The position numbers were made by a program, and so were the translations under genes. 64,000 nucleotides of DNA from the NCBI GenBank assembly GCA_964291315.2, contig OZ219753.1, positions 2,304,001-2,368,000 of the forward strand. The letters run 5' to 3'. The notes under the pieces were generated by a model, which was given only the letters and a program-made list of their open reading frames with translations, had not been told where the DNA came from and did not search any database. Source of the DNA: Candidatus Poribacteria bacterium (GTDB lineage: Bacteria; Poribacteria; WGA-4E; WGA-3G). Each line of letters starts with the position of its first letter. The stretch's first letter is position 1. Below are positions 20,106 through 30,626 of this stretch, piece after piece.

Positions 20106-20216
20106 GAAATGGCGTTGTTCTCTGCGCCGGCCGTTCTACCCGCCTCGACGCATCTCGGAAAAATATTCGGGGACGTGCCTTACAAAACTATTAGGCTTGA
20201 GCTTAGAACAGTGAGT

Positions 20217-21146
20217 CTATCGCGTCAAGGCGTAGGCGACAACATTCATTCCTTGTTCGAATGCCCAGAGCCTTTGATCTTCACCTCCGGGTTCACAAGG
20301 TCTGCCTTCCCACGCGCAATTCAGATCGCTTGGACAGAAGTAGATAATCACGCGATCGTCATCCATAATCGCTTCGTCGTAGTCAGATATATCTGGAATC
20401 CGTTTATCGCCACCGAGGTATTCATCATGCTGATAAAGCGTGTGATAAATCGGGTGGCTCATTTCCAAGCGTTCAAACTTCTTCTCTGGATAAATCTGCT
20501 GGACCATCTCGTAGATGTACGGGCGCAAGCCGCCTCGGTAATTGTAAAGGCGGGCATCGCAGTCTTCTACATGGAGAAAACCGCCACGCTCAAAGTAATC
20601 CCTAAATTTTCGGACCTGTTCTGTAGAGAGGCGGATCCCTCTGTGTCCTGTCATATATAAAAACGGATAGGCGAATAACCCTTCATCGTCAATATCCACG
20701 TATTGTGGATGCTCGCGCACCTCGACATCAATAGTGGTATTTTCGGCAAGGACCTCCGTGAACTTCAAATCCGATTGCCACCGGTAGTAGTTAACAATAT
20801 TCGTGTACCAATCCCCCCCGGGATACTTGAGACGTACAAACGTAAATTTCTCGCCCGTTGGATTCATCTCCGGGTAGTGATGTTCAATTACGCCGTAGCG
20901 CGTCCCGTAATGAACGTCTCGTGCAGCATCGTACGGAATGTATTCTCGGAACCCCCATTGGGCTTCTGTAGGTAGAATTAAGCCACCCGCCGCGAGGGCA
21001 GAGGCGGCAAACCCGATTGAACCTTTCAAAAAGGAACGGCGCGACAGGGGTTTTGGCTCTGATGCCATGCTAGATACAAGCTCCCGCTTTTGGTTGTTTG
21101 CCTTCGATTTTTCGATAGATTTGGGGAGACGACTCTTATTCAACAT
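20217..21146 (-). CDS. Tat-exported DUF4159 domain protein
   Basis: SRRSFLK twin-arginine signal; FTFVRLKY, YPFLYMTGH, GGFLHVED, HPIYH, GMNVVAYALT; AGGAGG SD before ATG 21146. Confidence 0.85.
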   Translation of the reverse strand: MLNKSRLPKSIEKSKANNQKRELVSSMASEPKPLSRRSFLKGSIGFAASALAAGGLILPTEAQWGFREYIPYDAARDVHYGTRYGVIEHHYPEMNPTGEKFTFVRLKYPGGDWYTNIVNYYRWQSDLKFTEVLAENTTIDVEVREHPQYVDIDDEGLFAYPFLYMTGHRGIRLSTEQVRKFRDYFERGGFLHVEDCDARLYNYRGGLRPYIYEMVQQIYPEKKFERLEMSHPIYHTLYQHDEYLGGDKRIPDISDYDEAIMDDDRVIIYFCPSDLNCAWEGRPCEPGGEDQRLWAFEQGMNVVAYALTR

Positions 21147-21222
21147 AATTTTTTCTCCTCCTATTCCAATGCCCATGGGCTCGAATCTGTTACATTTAAC
21201 GGTATACCTGCTTTATTATAAA

Positions 21223-22557
21223 CTAAAACCGGGAAAAAATCAAGATAGCATCCGAAATCGCTCGGCCCTCCTGTCTCGGTATCGGGCGAATTCGACGATT
21301 ACCGCGGGCAGTTCGCGTGTTTTTCTCCGCTGCACCTGCTTCCAATGGTACTTTATTATCCGGCCTCACGTCTTCAGAATCTTTCCTCTTAACACTTACG
21401 ACTTCGTCTCGAATGACTAACATTGATGAATTGCCGCCGTCTAGATTAAGGACGTCCGTGGCCCCCCACTCCAGAAAGAGCTCTGCTAGGTGGGGAAGCT
21501 TAACACCGCGTCGCACCCGCGCCTTTGATGCCGTTATTGTCACAAAAAGTAGGGTGCCATCTGCTTTTTTACCAATTCCCGTGCGTGGATGCCAAAAACT
21601 GTGGAATGTCCGATCAAACCCTTCAAGCTCGTACGCTTGCGTGGGCAAGACAGCCTGATCCTGTAGTAGCAACGGACCTCCACCAAGGATATGCGTAAAA
21701 CTGGCCCACAGATTGCTATCTCCAACGCGTTCGGGAATGATTTTTTCACGAATCTGCACCATATCCCCTTCCGAGACACGCGTCAGTAGATCCCTGCTCT
21801 TCTCACCACTTGCGGATAAAACATAACCGTCAGCAGGAATGCGCGAACTTCCCACTCCATTACGAATATTGGTTACCTCGCCCTTTCTCACAACGACCTC
21901 TATACCATCAGGCATTGTTAGCGTTACGGTATGAAAGTGCGGGCGGTAAATTATCAATTCGTTTCTACCACGCCCCCGATTTATCCCGTCAATTGACAGT
22001 ATTTCTCCGCTCTGCGAAAGGAGCTCCTGTCGCAGGGCTATTCTGTCAATGAACGACTCAATCTTTCCATCAACAGTCCGAAATCCAATGGCCGCCCTCC
22101 CCTGCTCGGGTTCGCTCACCCATTCACCGCCGATCTTCAGCGCACCAACAGACTCGCCTCGAAACGTTCCAACCATCTCAAAGAAACCGCCATTTATTGC
22201 AGCTAGTGCCTTGTGTCGCCGTGCAAGCGACACTAGTGACTCTGTGCCAATTCCCGCACTCAACGCCCGGTAAGGACGAATATCAACGGCATCAGGTGAG
22301 ACCGAAAGAATGTTCGTTAGCAAACCGTTGCGTAATATCTGCCGATGGATAACGCCTTGTGCGACCGTTTTTGTTATATCACTTCGTTCAAAATCTACAA
22401 TAGATCGAAAGTAATCGGTTATTTTGCTGAACTGACTTGTCTGTCCCACCCAAATACCCATACAAAAAATTAGCAGAAAGCCCACTATTGTGAAGATACG
22501 TGGACAGTTTCTAATAAAACGAAAACACCGCCGTCCTAAATAGGTAATATCAAACAT
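21223..22557 (-). CDS. Phosphodiester glycosidase (NAGPA/DUF2233) family protein
   Basis: AAINGGFF, GGGPLL, HPRTGIG, NLDGGNSS. Start uncertain. Confidence 0.85.
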   Translation of the reverse strand: MFDITYLGRRCFRFIRNCPRIFTIVGFLLIFCMGIWVGQTSQFSKITDYFRSIVDFERSDITKTVAQGVIHRQILRNGLLTNILSVSPDAVDIRPYRALSAGIGTESLVSLARRHKALAAINGGFFEMVGTFRGESVGALKIGGEWVSEPEQGRAAIGFRTVDGKIESFIDRIALRQELLSQSGEILSIDGINRGRGRNELIIYRPHFHTVTLTMPDGIEVVVRKGEVTNIRNGVGSSRIPADGYVLSASGEKSRDLLTRVSEGDMVQIREKIIPERVGDSNLWASFTHILGGGPLLLQDQAVLPTQAYELEGFDRTFHSFWHPRTGIGKKADGTLLFVTITASKARVRRGVKLPHLAELFLEWGATDVLNLDGGNSSMLVIRDEVVSVKRKDSEDVRPDNKVPLEAGAAEKNTRTARGNRRIRPIPRQEGRAISDAILIFSRF

Positions 22558-22581
22558 TGTTTCTGAGCCGACAACCTGCAC

Positions 22582-23988
22582 CTAACAATCGACCCCTACT
22601 TCAGAAATCCGTTTTTCCCATTCGTCACATGTCGCGTAGGTACGCCGCACCGATGCCCCGAGGTAATTCGTCGGATCTCGGAGTGCTTCACGTTGGGGGG
22701 CAGTGAGTTTGTCAAGGAACGGACGAAACGTCTCATCTTCCCACAACAGTGTTGTCAGGCTTTTCCCTGTCTGATGCACAGCCCCGATTAACTTCCGAGT
22801 ATGGTCATACGCATCGGGGAATCCGTAATACGCCATTAACAGATAGATAGGCTCGGCGATCGTATCCTCCGCGCTCAGCGCGAGGTTGCGCCGCATGTTA
22901 TCCGCTTTAACATCCATCTCCTCCAATGCCCGCCGAAGTCGGTAGATAGCGTAATCGAACGCAGTGAACAACTCTGTCAAGAAACGGCTTGATGCCGAAT
23001 TCGTCAGATCGCGTTGGTGTTCCAAAATGCTGTCCATGAAAACCGTCTGCATACGGGGTACAAACGCTTTCCACAAGCTTTTGATATTTTCGTAGGTCTC
23101 TGGATTCACTTTGTGGGGCATCGTCGATGAACCGACCAATTGCGGATTATATTTCCTGCCGACCTCAGCAATTTCAGTTCGGTAGAGGTGTCGCATATCA
23201 TCAGCAAAGTTCGCAAGCACAGTATAAGCTGCCGTAATATGATATGCCAAGTCAGAGATAAACTCAGGTTCTACGCATTGCGTCGACGTGTGTGTATCGG
23301 AAGGTTTCAAACCGAGCAATGCTAGGAAATCCGATTCAATCCGTTCTGGATGCTCATGGATCAGTGTGAGTCCGTTAAACGCGCCGACTGCACCAGAGAA
23401 TTGTCCACGCAGGTTTTGACTCGCCTCATGAATCTTTTCAACCCGGGTACCGAGGCGACTCACATAAAGTGCTAATGAATAACCGAATGTTGTCGGTTCC
23501 GCGTGTTGCCCGTGGGTTCTCCCGATTTGCACCGTTTCGGCATGTTCACGCGCCAGTCCAATCAGTTGCTGTTCCAGAGCAACCAGATCCGGAATAATAA
23601 CCTTTTCTGTGAGTGCCTTAAACCGCAAAGCCGTGGCTGTATCCAATATATCTGCGGAGGTCGCGAATAGATGGACGTAGGGGCGCGCTTCAGCACTAAT
23701 CTTCCGCCGAATCACATTGACGAGTGAACGGATGTTATGTCGAATTCGGGACTGTTCTTCGTAGACCTCTTCCGCTGTCACTAGATCCACTGCCGCTTCC
23801 ACCTCGTCAGCGATCGCTGATGTACAGACATTGTAGTTTGCTAAGGTGCGTACTAATGCTGCCTCCACCTTCGCCTGATATGTAACGTAACCTGCTTCAG
23901 AGACATAAGGCAACAACCGCTTCATAAAATTAGGATCGCCGCCATAATACCTAAAGTCTAGAGGACTGACGGCTTCATAAAGTTCCAT
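22582..23988 (-). CDS. purB: Adenylosuccinate lyase
   Basis: AVSPLDFRY, ATSADI, GRTHGQHAEPTTFG, fumarase-family signature GSSTMPHKVNP, HQRDLTNS. Confidence 0.9.
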   Translation of the reverse strand: MELYEAVSPLDFRYYGGDPNFMKRLLPYVSEAGYVTYQAKVEAALVRTLANYNVCTSAIADEVEAAVDLVTAEEVYEEQSRIRHNIRSLVNVIRRKISAEARPYVHLFATSADILDTATALRFKALTEKVIIPDLVALEQQLIGLAREHAETVQIGRTHGQHAEPTTFGYSLALYVSRLGTRVEKIHEASQNLRGQFSGAVGAFNGLTLIHEHPERIESDFLALLGLKPSDTHTSTQCVEPEFISDLAYHITAAYTVLANFADDMRHLYRTEIAEVGRKYNPQLVGSSTMPHKVNPETYENIKSLWKAFVPRMQTVFMDSILEHQRDLTNSASSRFLTELFTAFDYAIYRLRRALEEMDVKADNMRRNLALSAEDTIAEPIYLLMAYYGFPDAYDHTRKLIGAVHQTGKSLTTLLWEDETFRPFLDKLTAPQREALRDPTNYLGASVRRTYATCDEWEKRISEVGVDC

Positions 23989-24017
23989 AGAAAAATATAC
24001 CCCACTTTTTAGGTATA

Positions 24018-24046
24018 ATTATACATGAAATTTAGGGGCCTGTAAA
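24018..24046 (-). promoter_or_regulatory. sigma70-type promoter of purB
   Basis: Minus strand TTTACA-N17-TATAAT. Confidence 0.55.
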
Positions 24047-24190
24047 GCGGTTTTCATTTTGTACTTCAATGGAGGTATTAACAGAATTTTTTTTCTCCAA
24101 AAGGGACTCCCGAGGACCAACCACTCTGGGTTGCATTGGAAAATGTCACCTACACGGAGAAACGATATGTTTGTAGTTTCTAACAAAAAT

Positions 24191-24219
24191 TTGAAAATTT
24201 ATATCTCTTGTGATATAAT
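24191..24219 (+). promoter_or_regulatory. sigma70-type promoter of the helicase-MTase pair
   Basis: TTGAAA-N17-TATAAT with an extended -10 TG. Confidence 0.6.
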
Positions 24220-24254
24220 CCGATAAATGCTACGCAAGGAAAAAACGAACGCGT

Positions 24255-27200
24255 ATGAAAATTCCGACACTCATTGACAATGTAGAAGGCAACACCCTTC
24301 TGAAAGCTCTTGAAAACCTGCTTGTAAAAAGCGTTAGCTTGGATATAGCGACTGGAACATTTGAAATAGGCGTGTTTCTATCGCTCGGCGAGAAATGGCG
24401 GCATTTAGAGAGAATCCGCCTCCTGATGGGGGACGAGACCACACGGCGCACTAAAGAAGCACTCATCAAAACTCTTCAAGAAGTCACCGATGACAACATC
24501 GAATCTGTAAAAAAGCAAGACGACACTCTTCACGGACTAGCTGCTATCCGGGACGCTATTCGCAACGGACGAATTGTTGTCCGTGTTTATGACAAAGCCA
24601 AATTTCACGCGAAACTCAATTTGATGCACGCCCAAAACTCAAGTCTGGTTGACTTCGCGACCGTCGGCAGTTCCAACTTCACCACACCAGGACTCACCCA
24701 AAATGTTGAGTTAAATTCTTTCATTACGGATCCGACACATATTCAGAAACTCAACGCGTGGTTCGATGCCCGTTGGCAGGAGGCATCTGAAGTGAAAGAG
24801 GAGCTGCTCCGCACGGTCGAACGACACCTGAGGGCGTACCCGCCCTTTACCGTCTACGCCAAAGCACTCCATGCCTACTTCAGAGGGCGCGAGAAACCTG
24901 CAGATGCATGGGAAGAAAACGAATCGATGATCTACCGTACGCTTTCGCAATACCAAAAAGACGGTTACCACAGCGCTCTTCAGATAGCAGACACATGGAA
25001 CGGTGCCCTTATCTGTGACGGTGTCGGAAGCGGCAAAACTTACATCGGCTTGATGCTGCTTGAACGCTACCTCCGCGAAAACAAGCGGGTGCTGCTTATC
25101 ACGCCGAAATCGATTGCAGAAAGCGTTTGGCACAGTCAGATCAGTCGTCAACTCCAAGCCAGATACGGCCGCCTGCTCCGCGAACACTACGATATTAAGC
25201 TGCATACCGATCTCGGACGGCAAGGTGGGATTAACGATGAGGACCTCGAATACTTCCGCCACTACAAAGATGTTATTATTATAGACGAAGCACATCACTT
25301 TCGAAATCCACGTTCTAACCGCGGCCAACTCTTGATGGAACTCGCTAAGAACAAAAAACTCTATCTCCTCACCGCCACTCCAATTAATAACAGTCTCGAC
25401 GATATATACCATCTGATTAACTATTTCGCACAGGATAATAAAAATCATTTTTCCGAGCTCGGCGTATATGATTTCCGTAAACATTTTCTCGATATTGAAC
25501 GACAACTTGAGAATGAAGACACCGAAATTGCCGAACAGGTCGAAGAAGACGACGTTTTACGTCAAGACCCATTATTGAAACAGGTACTCATCCAGCGAAG
25601 TCGCGCGTATATCAAAGACGCTGATATCGAATCCGGGACGCAGATCCTGTTTCCAAAACGCGTCATCGAACCAACAGTGAACTACTCGCTCCGCCGGGTC
25701 TATCGGACGCTCTATGAGGAGCTACAAGAAGCTTTTAGCAAAGATTACCCATTTTTAAATTTAGCAATTTACAATACAGTTAGGTATCACAAGAACCCGG
25801 AAAGACACATTGAAAACCGGGAAAAACAAATTATCGGTCTCATCCGAACACTTGTACTCAAACGTTTAGAAAGCTCATGGCGAGCATTTGAGGCGACTGT
25901 TGAAAATTTGCTTCTGAACATGGCGGTCTGGCTCCAAAAATACGCCCCCAAACGTTTTGAGATGTGGGAAGGTACCAATCAGAGATGGTGGAGCGTCGTT
26001 CAGAAACATATCCGGGCAAGACTTCAAAGCGACGGAATCTCATCGCAGCTGTCCCCGGAAAACTTGAAGCGTGCTGTGGTATCGAACCCTTCTGAAGAAG
26101 ACGATGACCTCGCTTCACTTGAAACAGAGGACGATTTCATACCTGCACACCACAATGTGGACAGTTTGTTTGACGATGTCGTTGACGATATGAATTTTTT
26201 GACAGGACTCCTCAGTCGAATGTATAGGCTCTTTTATGCCGACCAGCTCGCAAATGAGCCCGCTACAGAACAAGATGACAAACTCCAGCAGCTCTTGAAG
26301 CTTCTCAAACGGCACCCGAATGAAAAATCCCTCGTTTTCACAGAATTCTGTGATACCGCTCGCTATCTATATACCCAGCTGCAGCGCGCCCGGTTTAAGC
26401 ACGTTGAACAAATTGATAGCCGCCGGAAAGTAGATCGCGAGGAAATTATTCAACGTTTTTCGCCTTGCTATAACGGGGCATCCCCGGAAGCCGTTGATCC
26501 CGTCCATACGCTCATCACAACAGACGTTCTGGCAGAAGGACTTAACCTACAAGACGCAGCTATCATTATCAATTACGACTTGCATTGGAACCCTGTCCGC
26601 CTTATGCAACGGATCGGTCGATTAGACCGCCGACTTGACCCGGCAATTGAAGCCCGCCTTAACCGAACCGACCCTACTGTCCATGTCTGGAATTTCTTAC
26701 CGCCTCAGGAACTTGACGTTCTCCTTAAGCTCCGAAGGCGGGTTGACGGTAAAATCCTCCGGATTAGCCGGACCCTCGGCATCGAAGGAAAGTTCGTTTC
26801 ACCGGATGACGACGATGAAACCCTCCGTCTCTTCAACGAACGTTACGACGGCACAGAGAGCATAGAGGAATTGATGAATCTTGAGCGGCAACGTATCTCC
26901 GAAACGTATCCTGAGTTGTGGAAACAGCTGCCAACCCTTCCTCTGCGCCTCTTTTCTGGCAAGGCTATAACAGAGCATCCCCCGCCTTTCCTCAACCGGA
27001 ACGGCACCTCTATTCCAATCGAACGCATCGAGACTACAGGAATCTTCTGCTGCTACGAAATGCCAAACTGTGAAGTCAAATGGTACTTCTATGCCGACAA
27101 AACAGGAGAAGTCTTTGATAACCTCGAGGAGATTTGGCCGGAAATCCGCTGCGATCAAAATACGGAACGCCGGACTGAAAGAGAACCCAGCAGCCTCAAA

Positions 27201-27359
27201 GACGCACGCAAACACATCGAACGCTACACCCGTTCCTATCTGAAAAACATACAAGCACCGATGGAAACAAATCCTAAACTTATCGCATGGATGGAGATCT
27301 CTGGCCAGCCAGAAAAGTCCTGTGAGCTAACCCTTGAGGAATACCAATGCCAAACATAA
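24255..27359 (+). CDS. PLD-nuclease / SNF2-family helicase fusion (restriction- or defence-associated)
   Basis: N-terminal FHAK...GSSNFT (PLD-like); DGVGSGKT, DEAHH, TATP, AEGLNLQ, WNPVRLMQRIGRLDR. Confidence 0.9.
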   Translation: MKIPTLIDNVEGNTLLKALENLLVKSVSLDIATGTFEIGVFLSLGEKWRHLERIRLLMGDETTRRTKEALIKTLQEVTDDNIESVKKQDDTLHGLAAIRDAIRNGRIVVRVYDKAKFHAKLNLMHAQNSSLVDFATVGSSNFTTPGLTQNVELNSFITDPTHIQKLNAWFDARWQEASEVKEELLRTVERHLRAYPPFTVYAKALHAYFRGREKPADAWEENESMIYRTLSQYQKDGYHSALQIADTWNGALICDGVGSGKTYIGLMLLERYLRENKRVLLITPKSIAESVWHSQISRQLQARYGRLLREHYDIKLHTDLGRQGGINDEDLEYFRHYKDVIIIDEAHHFRNPRSNRGQLLMELAKNKKLYLLTATPINNSLDDIYHLINYFAQDNKNHFSELGVYDFRKHFLDIERQLENEDTEIAEQVEEDDVLRQDPLLKQVLIQRSRAYIKDADIESGTQILFPKRVIEPTVNYSLRRVYRTLYEELQEAFSKDYPFLNLAIYNTVRYHKNPERHIENREKQIIGLIRTLVLKRLESSWRAFEATVENLLLNMAVWLQKYAPKRFEMWEGTNQRWWSVVQKHIRARLQSDGISSQLSPENLKRAVVSNPSEEDDDLASLETEDDFIPAHHNVDSLFDDVVDDMNFLTGLLSRMYRLFYADQLANEPATEQDDKLQQLLKLLKRHPNEKSLVFTEFCDTARYLYTQLQRARFKHVEQIDSRRKVDREEIIQRFSPCYNGASPEAVDPVHTLITTDVLAEGLNLQDAAIIINYDLHWNPVRLMQRIGRLDRRLDPAIEARLNRTDPTVHVWNFLPPQELDVLLKLRRRVDGKILRISRTLGIEGKFVSPDDDDETLRLFNERYDGTESIEELMNLERQRISETYPELWKQLPTLPLRLFSGKAITEHPPPFLNRNGTSIPIERIETTGIFCCYEMPNCEVKWYFYADKTGEVFDNLEEIWPEIRCDQNTERRTEREPSSLKDARKHIERYTRSYLKNIQAPMETNPKLIAWMEISGQPEKSCELTLEEYQCQT

Positions 27360-30300
27360 CCGTTGAAGATGTTGATACTATAACTGACTTTGAGACGCTC
27401 TTAGCGTTTTTTCGTGACACTCTCGACTGGCCGATCCCCGAAGACGTGACGCTCGGCGAGATAGCTTTCCCGTGGTCGTCATCAGAGCTGGAGCTTGATG
27501 AAACGGCTGAGGCACGCCTTGTTGCGTGTGATCAGCTGCCGCCGTTCGCGCGCGAGGCGTTGGGATTTTCTCCCGAGGTCGGCTCGCAGCCGTGGGGCAT
27601 CTTCTTTGTTGAATTCAGTAGCGAGCGGGTGTATCGCACGGAGTTGCGGCGGGTTCTGCGGGGTCTGGTTGAAAGGCGCACCCGAGATGCACGGTTGCCT
27701 GCGTGGGAGCTGGATCATCTGCTATTCATCTGCACGACTGCTGATTTCCAGCGGTTTGCGTTTGCCCACTTCGCAGGTGCGGGTGCGTCTTGGCAGGATG
27801 CGGTGCTGTCTATATTCTCGTGGGATCGTGGGGATACGCACCTTCGGACGCTGTGTGAATACAACCTGCCGGCTCTGGTGTTTCCGCGTGGCGGTTTTTC
27901 GTCGTCGCAAGCATGGGTTGCTAAATGGCAGCGTGCGTTTGATGTGGCGGCTGTGACAGATCAGTTTTTCCGTGAGTATAAGAGCGTCTTCGAATTAGTG
28001 GAGGTGGCACTGTCAGGGATCCCAAAGAGCGAGGCGGATGAGCGTCGGTTGTATACGCAGCGTCTGTTGAATCGTTTGATGTTTCTGCGTTTTCTTGAGA
28101 GAAAGGGTTGGTTGCGGTATGCGGGTCGCCGGGACTACTTGCGTGCGTTGTATGAGGCTGCAATGGGCATCGAGACTCTCTCTGGGAGTGCGGAATCTAT
28201 AAGAAGCGGGGGGGGTAATCTCTGATAAGCATAAGCCGCCTCGGACAGAGAGCTTGCTCAACGACCGGCTCTATTACGTCTTCTTCCACGGTCTCAGCAA
28301 TCCCGCCGGTGAGTCCGGATCCGAAGATGCCGCCGCTCGCACCCGGCGTGGCGATGTGCCGTTCCTCAACGGTGGCCTCTTCGAGATGCAGCCGTATGAT
28401 GAACAACACGCAGTGGATCTGCCGAACGACACCTTCGCTGACATCCTCAACCTCTTTGAACGTTATAACTTCACGATCACCGAATCGACGCCGCTAGACA
28501 TAGAGGTTGCAGTAGACCCGGAGATGCTGGGTAAGGTGTTTGAGGAACTGGTCACGGGGCGGCACGCCAGTGGGAGCTACTACACGCCGCGTGCGGTTGT
28601 CTCTTTCATGTGCAGGGAGAGCCTGAAGCTCTGCTTGCAGAAGCAGACAACGGAGAGCGCGGCGTGCCTGACACAGTTCGTAGACGGTGGCGATGCCACG
28701 GGCATTCGCGATTCAGAGGGCGTGTTAGCGGTGCTGCAGAACTTACGGGTGTGTGATCCTGCGTGTGGGAGCGGTGCGTATCTACTCGGGATGATGGGCG
28801 AACTGCTCCGCCTGCGCGATGCTCTGTTCCAAAGCGATCAGACCGATTCTGGCACGGTGTATGAACGCAAGCTGGAGATTATCCGGAAGAACCTTTACGG
28901 CGTGGACAGAGACGACTTCGCTGTCAACATTGCGATGTTGCGCCTGTGGCTGAGCCTCACAGTAGACTATGAAGGTGCCGTACCGGAACCGCTGCCGAAC
29001 TTGGACTATAAGGTTGCAACCGGAGACAGTTTGACCGGTGCAACCCCCGAACAGCTGACGCTTGAAAGGCCGTTGATCCAAGCGATACAGGAGAAACAAG
29101 CGGACTATTTCATCGCACACGGGGACGCAAAGAAAGAGGCACTCCGAGCGGAGATCGCCGCACTCCGAGCGGATCTTCAAGGCTGGCAAGATGCCCCGGA
29201 GGAGGCGTTTGTCTGGCAGGTCGAGTTTCCGGAGGTCTTCCAAGCGGGCGGTTTTGACATTGTGATTGGCAACCCGCCTTATGTGCGACAAGAACTTATC
29301 AAAGCGATGAAGCCGACTTACAAGCGGCTATTCCCAGAGGTGTATGTCGGCACCGCAGACCTCTACGTCTATTTTTACAAGCGCGGCACGGAGCTGCTGC
29401 GGAGGCACGGCATCTTGGCGTATATCTCCTCAAACAAGTTTTTGCGGGCAGCGTATGGCAGAAAACTGCGTACCTTTTTCAGCGATACCCAACGCATTCA
29501 GCGGCTGCTTGACTTTGGGAGTGTCGCTGTCTTCAAAGCGAGTGTGGATACCTGTATCCTGATCCTTGAAAATGCCACATCAGACGGAGCGCCTGTTTCG
29601 GTGGCGACGTTTCGGGATGCCTCCGATGTGCTGCGGCTGTCTGCGGCGTTTCGGGAGCGGGCGTTTCGGCTGCATCCGCGTGATTTATCAGCGGAGGGCT
29701 GGACGTTGGCATCGCCCGAGACACTGCAGCTCCTGCGGAAACTCGAAACAACTGGCACACCCCTCGGAGAATATGTGGATGGACTTTGGCGCGGGGTCGT
29801 AACAGGATATAACAAGGCATTTATCATCGATGCGGCTGTGCGGCAGCGGCTGATCTCCGAGGATCCGAAGAGCGATGAGCTCATAAAGCCTTTGCTCAGA
29901 GGGCGAGACCTTAGAAAGTGGCGGACGGATAGCACAGGGCAATATCTCATCTTCACACGGCAGGGGGTTGAGATTGACCGATACCCAGCTGTCAAGAAAC
30001 ATCTGAGCCAATATAGAGAGGCACTTGAAAATAGGGCAGCAGGACCCTATCAGTGGTATGAAATACAAGCGAATACCGCTTATTATGACAAGTTCGAAAA
30101 CCGAAGATTGTCTATAGAAGAATCGCAACATCGCTTGACGCAGGCTATGATACTAAAGGGGCATACGGTTTAGACACGATATTCTTCATACCTACTCCGG
30201 ATCTTCCTCTCCTTGCTATTCTAAATAGTAGACTTTTTGATTGGTATGCAAGATACAAAGTTTTACCTCTCAATGATCCGTGGGCAGGCGGCGGTCTGCA

Positions 30301-30526
30301 GTTTTTTTTACAATATATGAAGCAGGTTCCTATAGCAGATCGGACTGATGCACAGAAAGCAGAAGTATCATGTCTCGTTGAACAGATACTGGCAGACCTA
30401 GAGAGCGAGGTCGGGCGTGAGATTGAGCAGGAGATAGACCGGTGGGTGTATCGGTTGTATGAGTTAACAGATGCGGAGATCGCGTTGATTGAGCAGACGT
30501 ATCGTGAGGCGGGGATGGCGCGGTGA
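27347..30526 (+). pseudogene. Eco57I/type IIG-like N6-adenine DNA methyltransferase with TRD, split by two frameshifts (about 1059 aa if restored)
   Basis: Fragments 27347-28225, 28254-30173 and 30101-30526 carry FLNGGLF, LGKVFEEL, GSYYTPR, DPACGSG, GNPPY, (K)PKIVY and ILNS motifs. Frames join at G8 (28208-28215) and A4 (30097-30100). Confidence 0.85.
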
Positions 30527-30626
30527 AAAAGGCATTCCTGCACATTCCACTTATTCACCGCAGGCGCGTCAGTGTCTGCTTAGAAGAAGTTAGCATACCG
30601 CACGTTCTAAGGCGTGCGGGAGTATG

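Noticed and set aside
23989-24254. Possible purine riboswitch upstream of purB
   Set aside because: The predicted promoter is only about 30 nt from the start codon, and no purine or ZMP aptamer consensus is visible.
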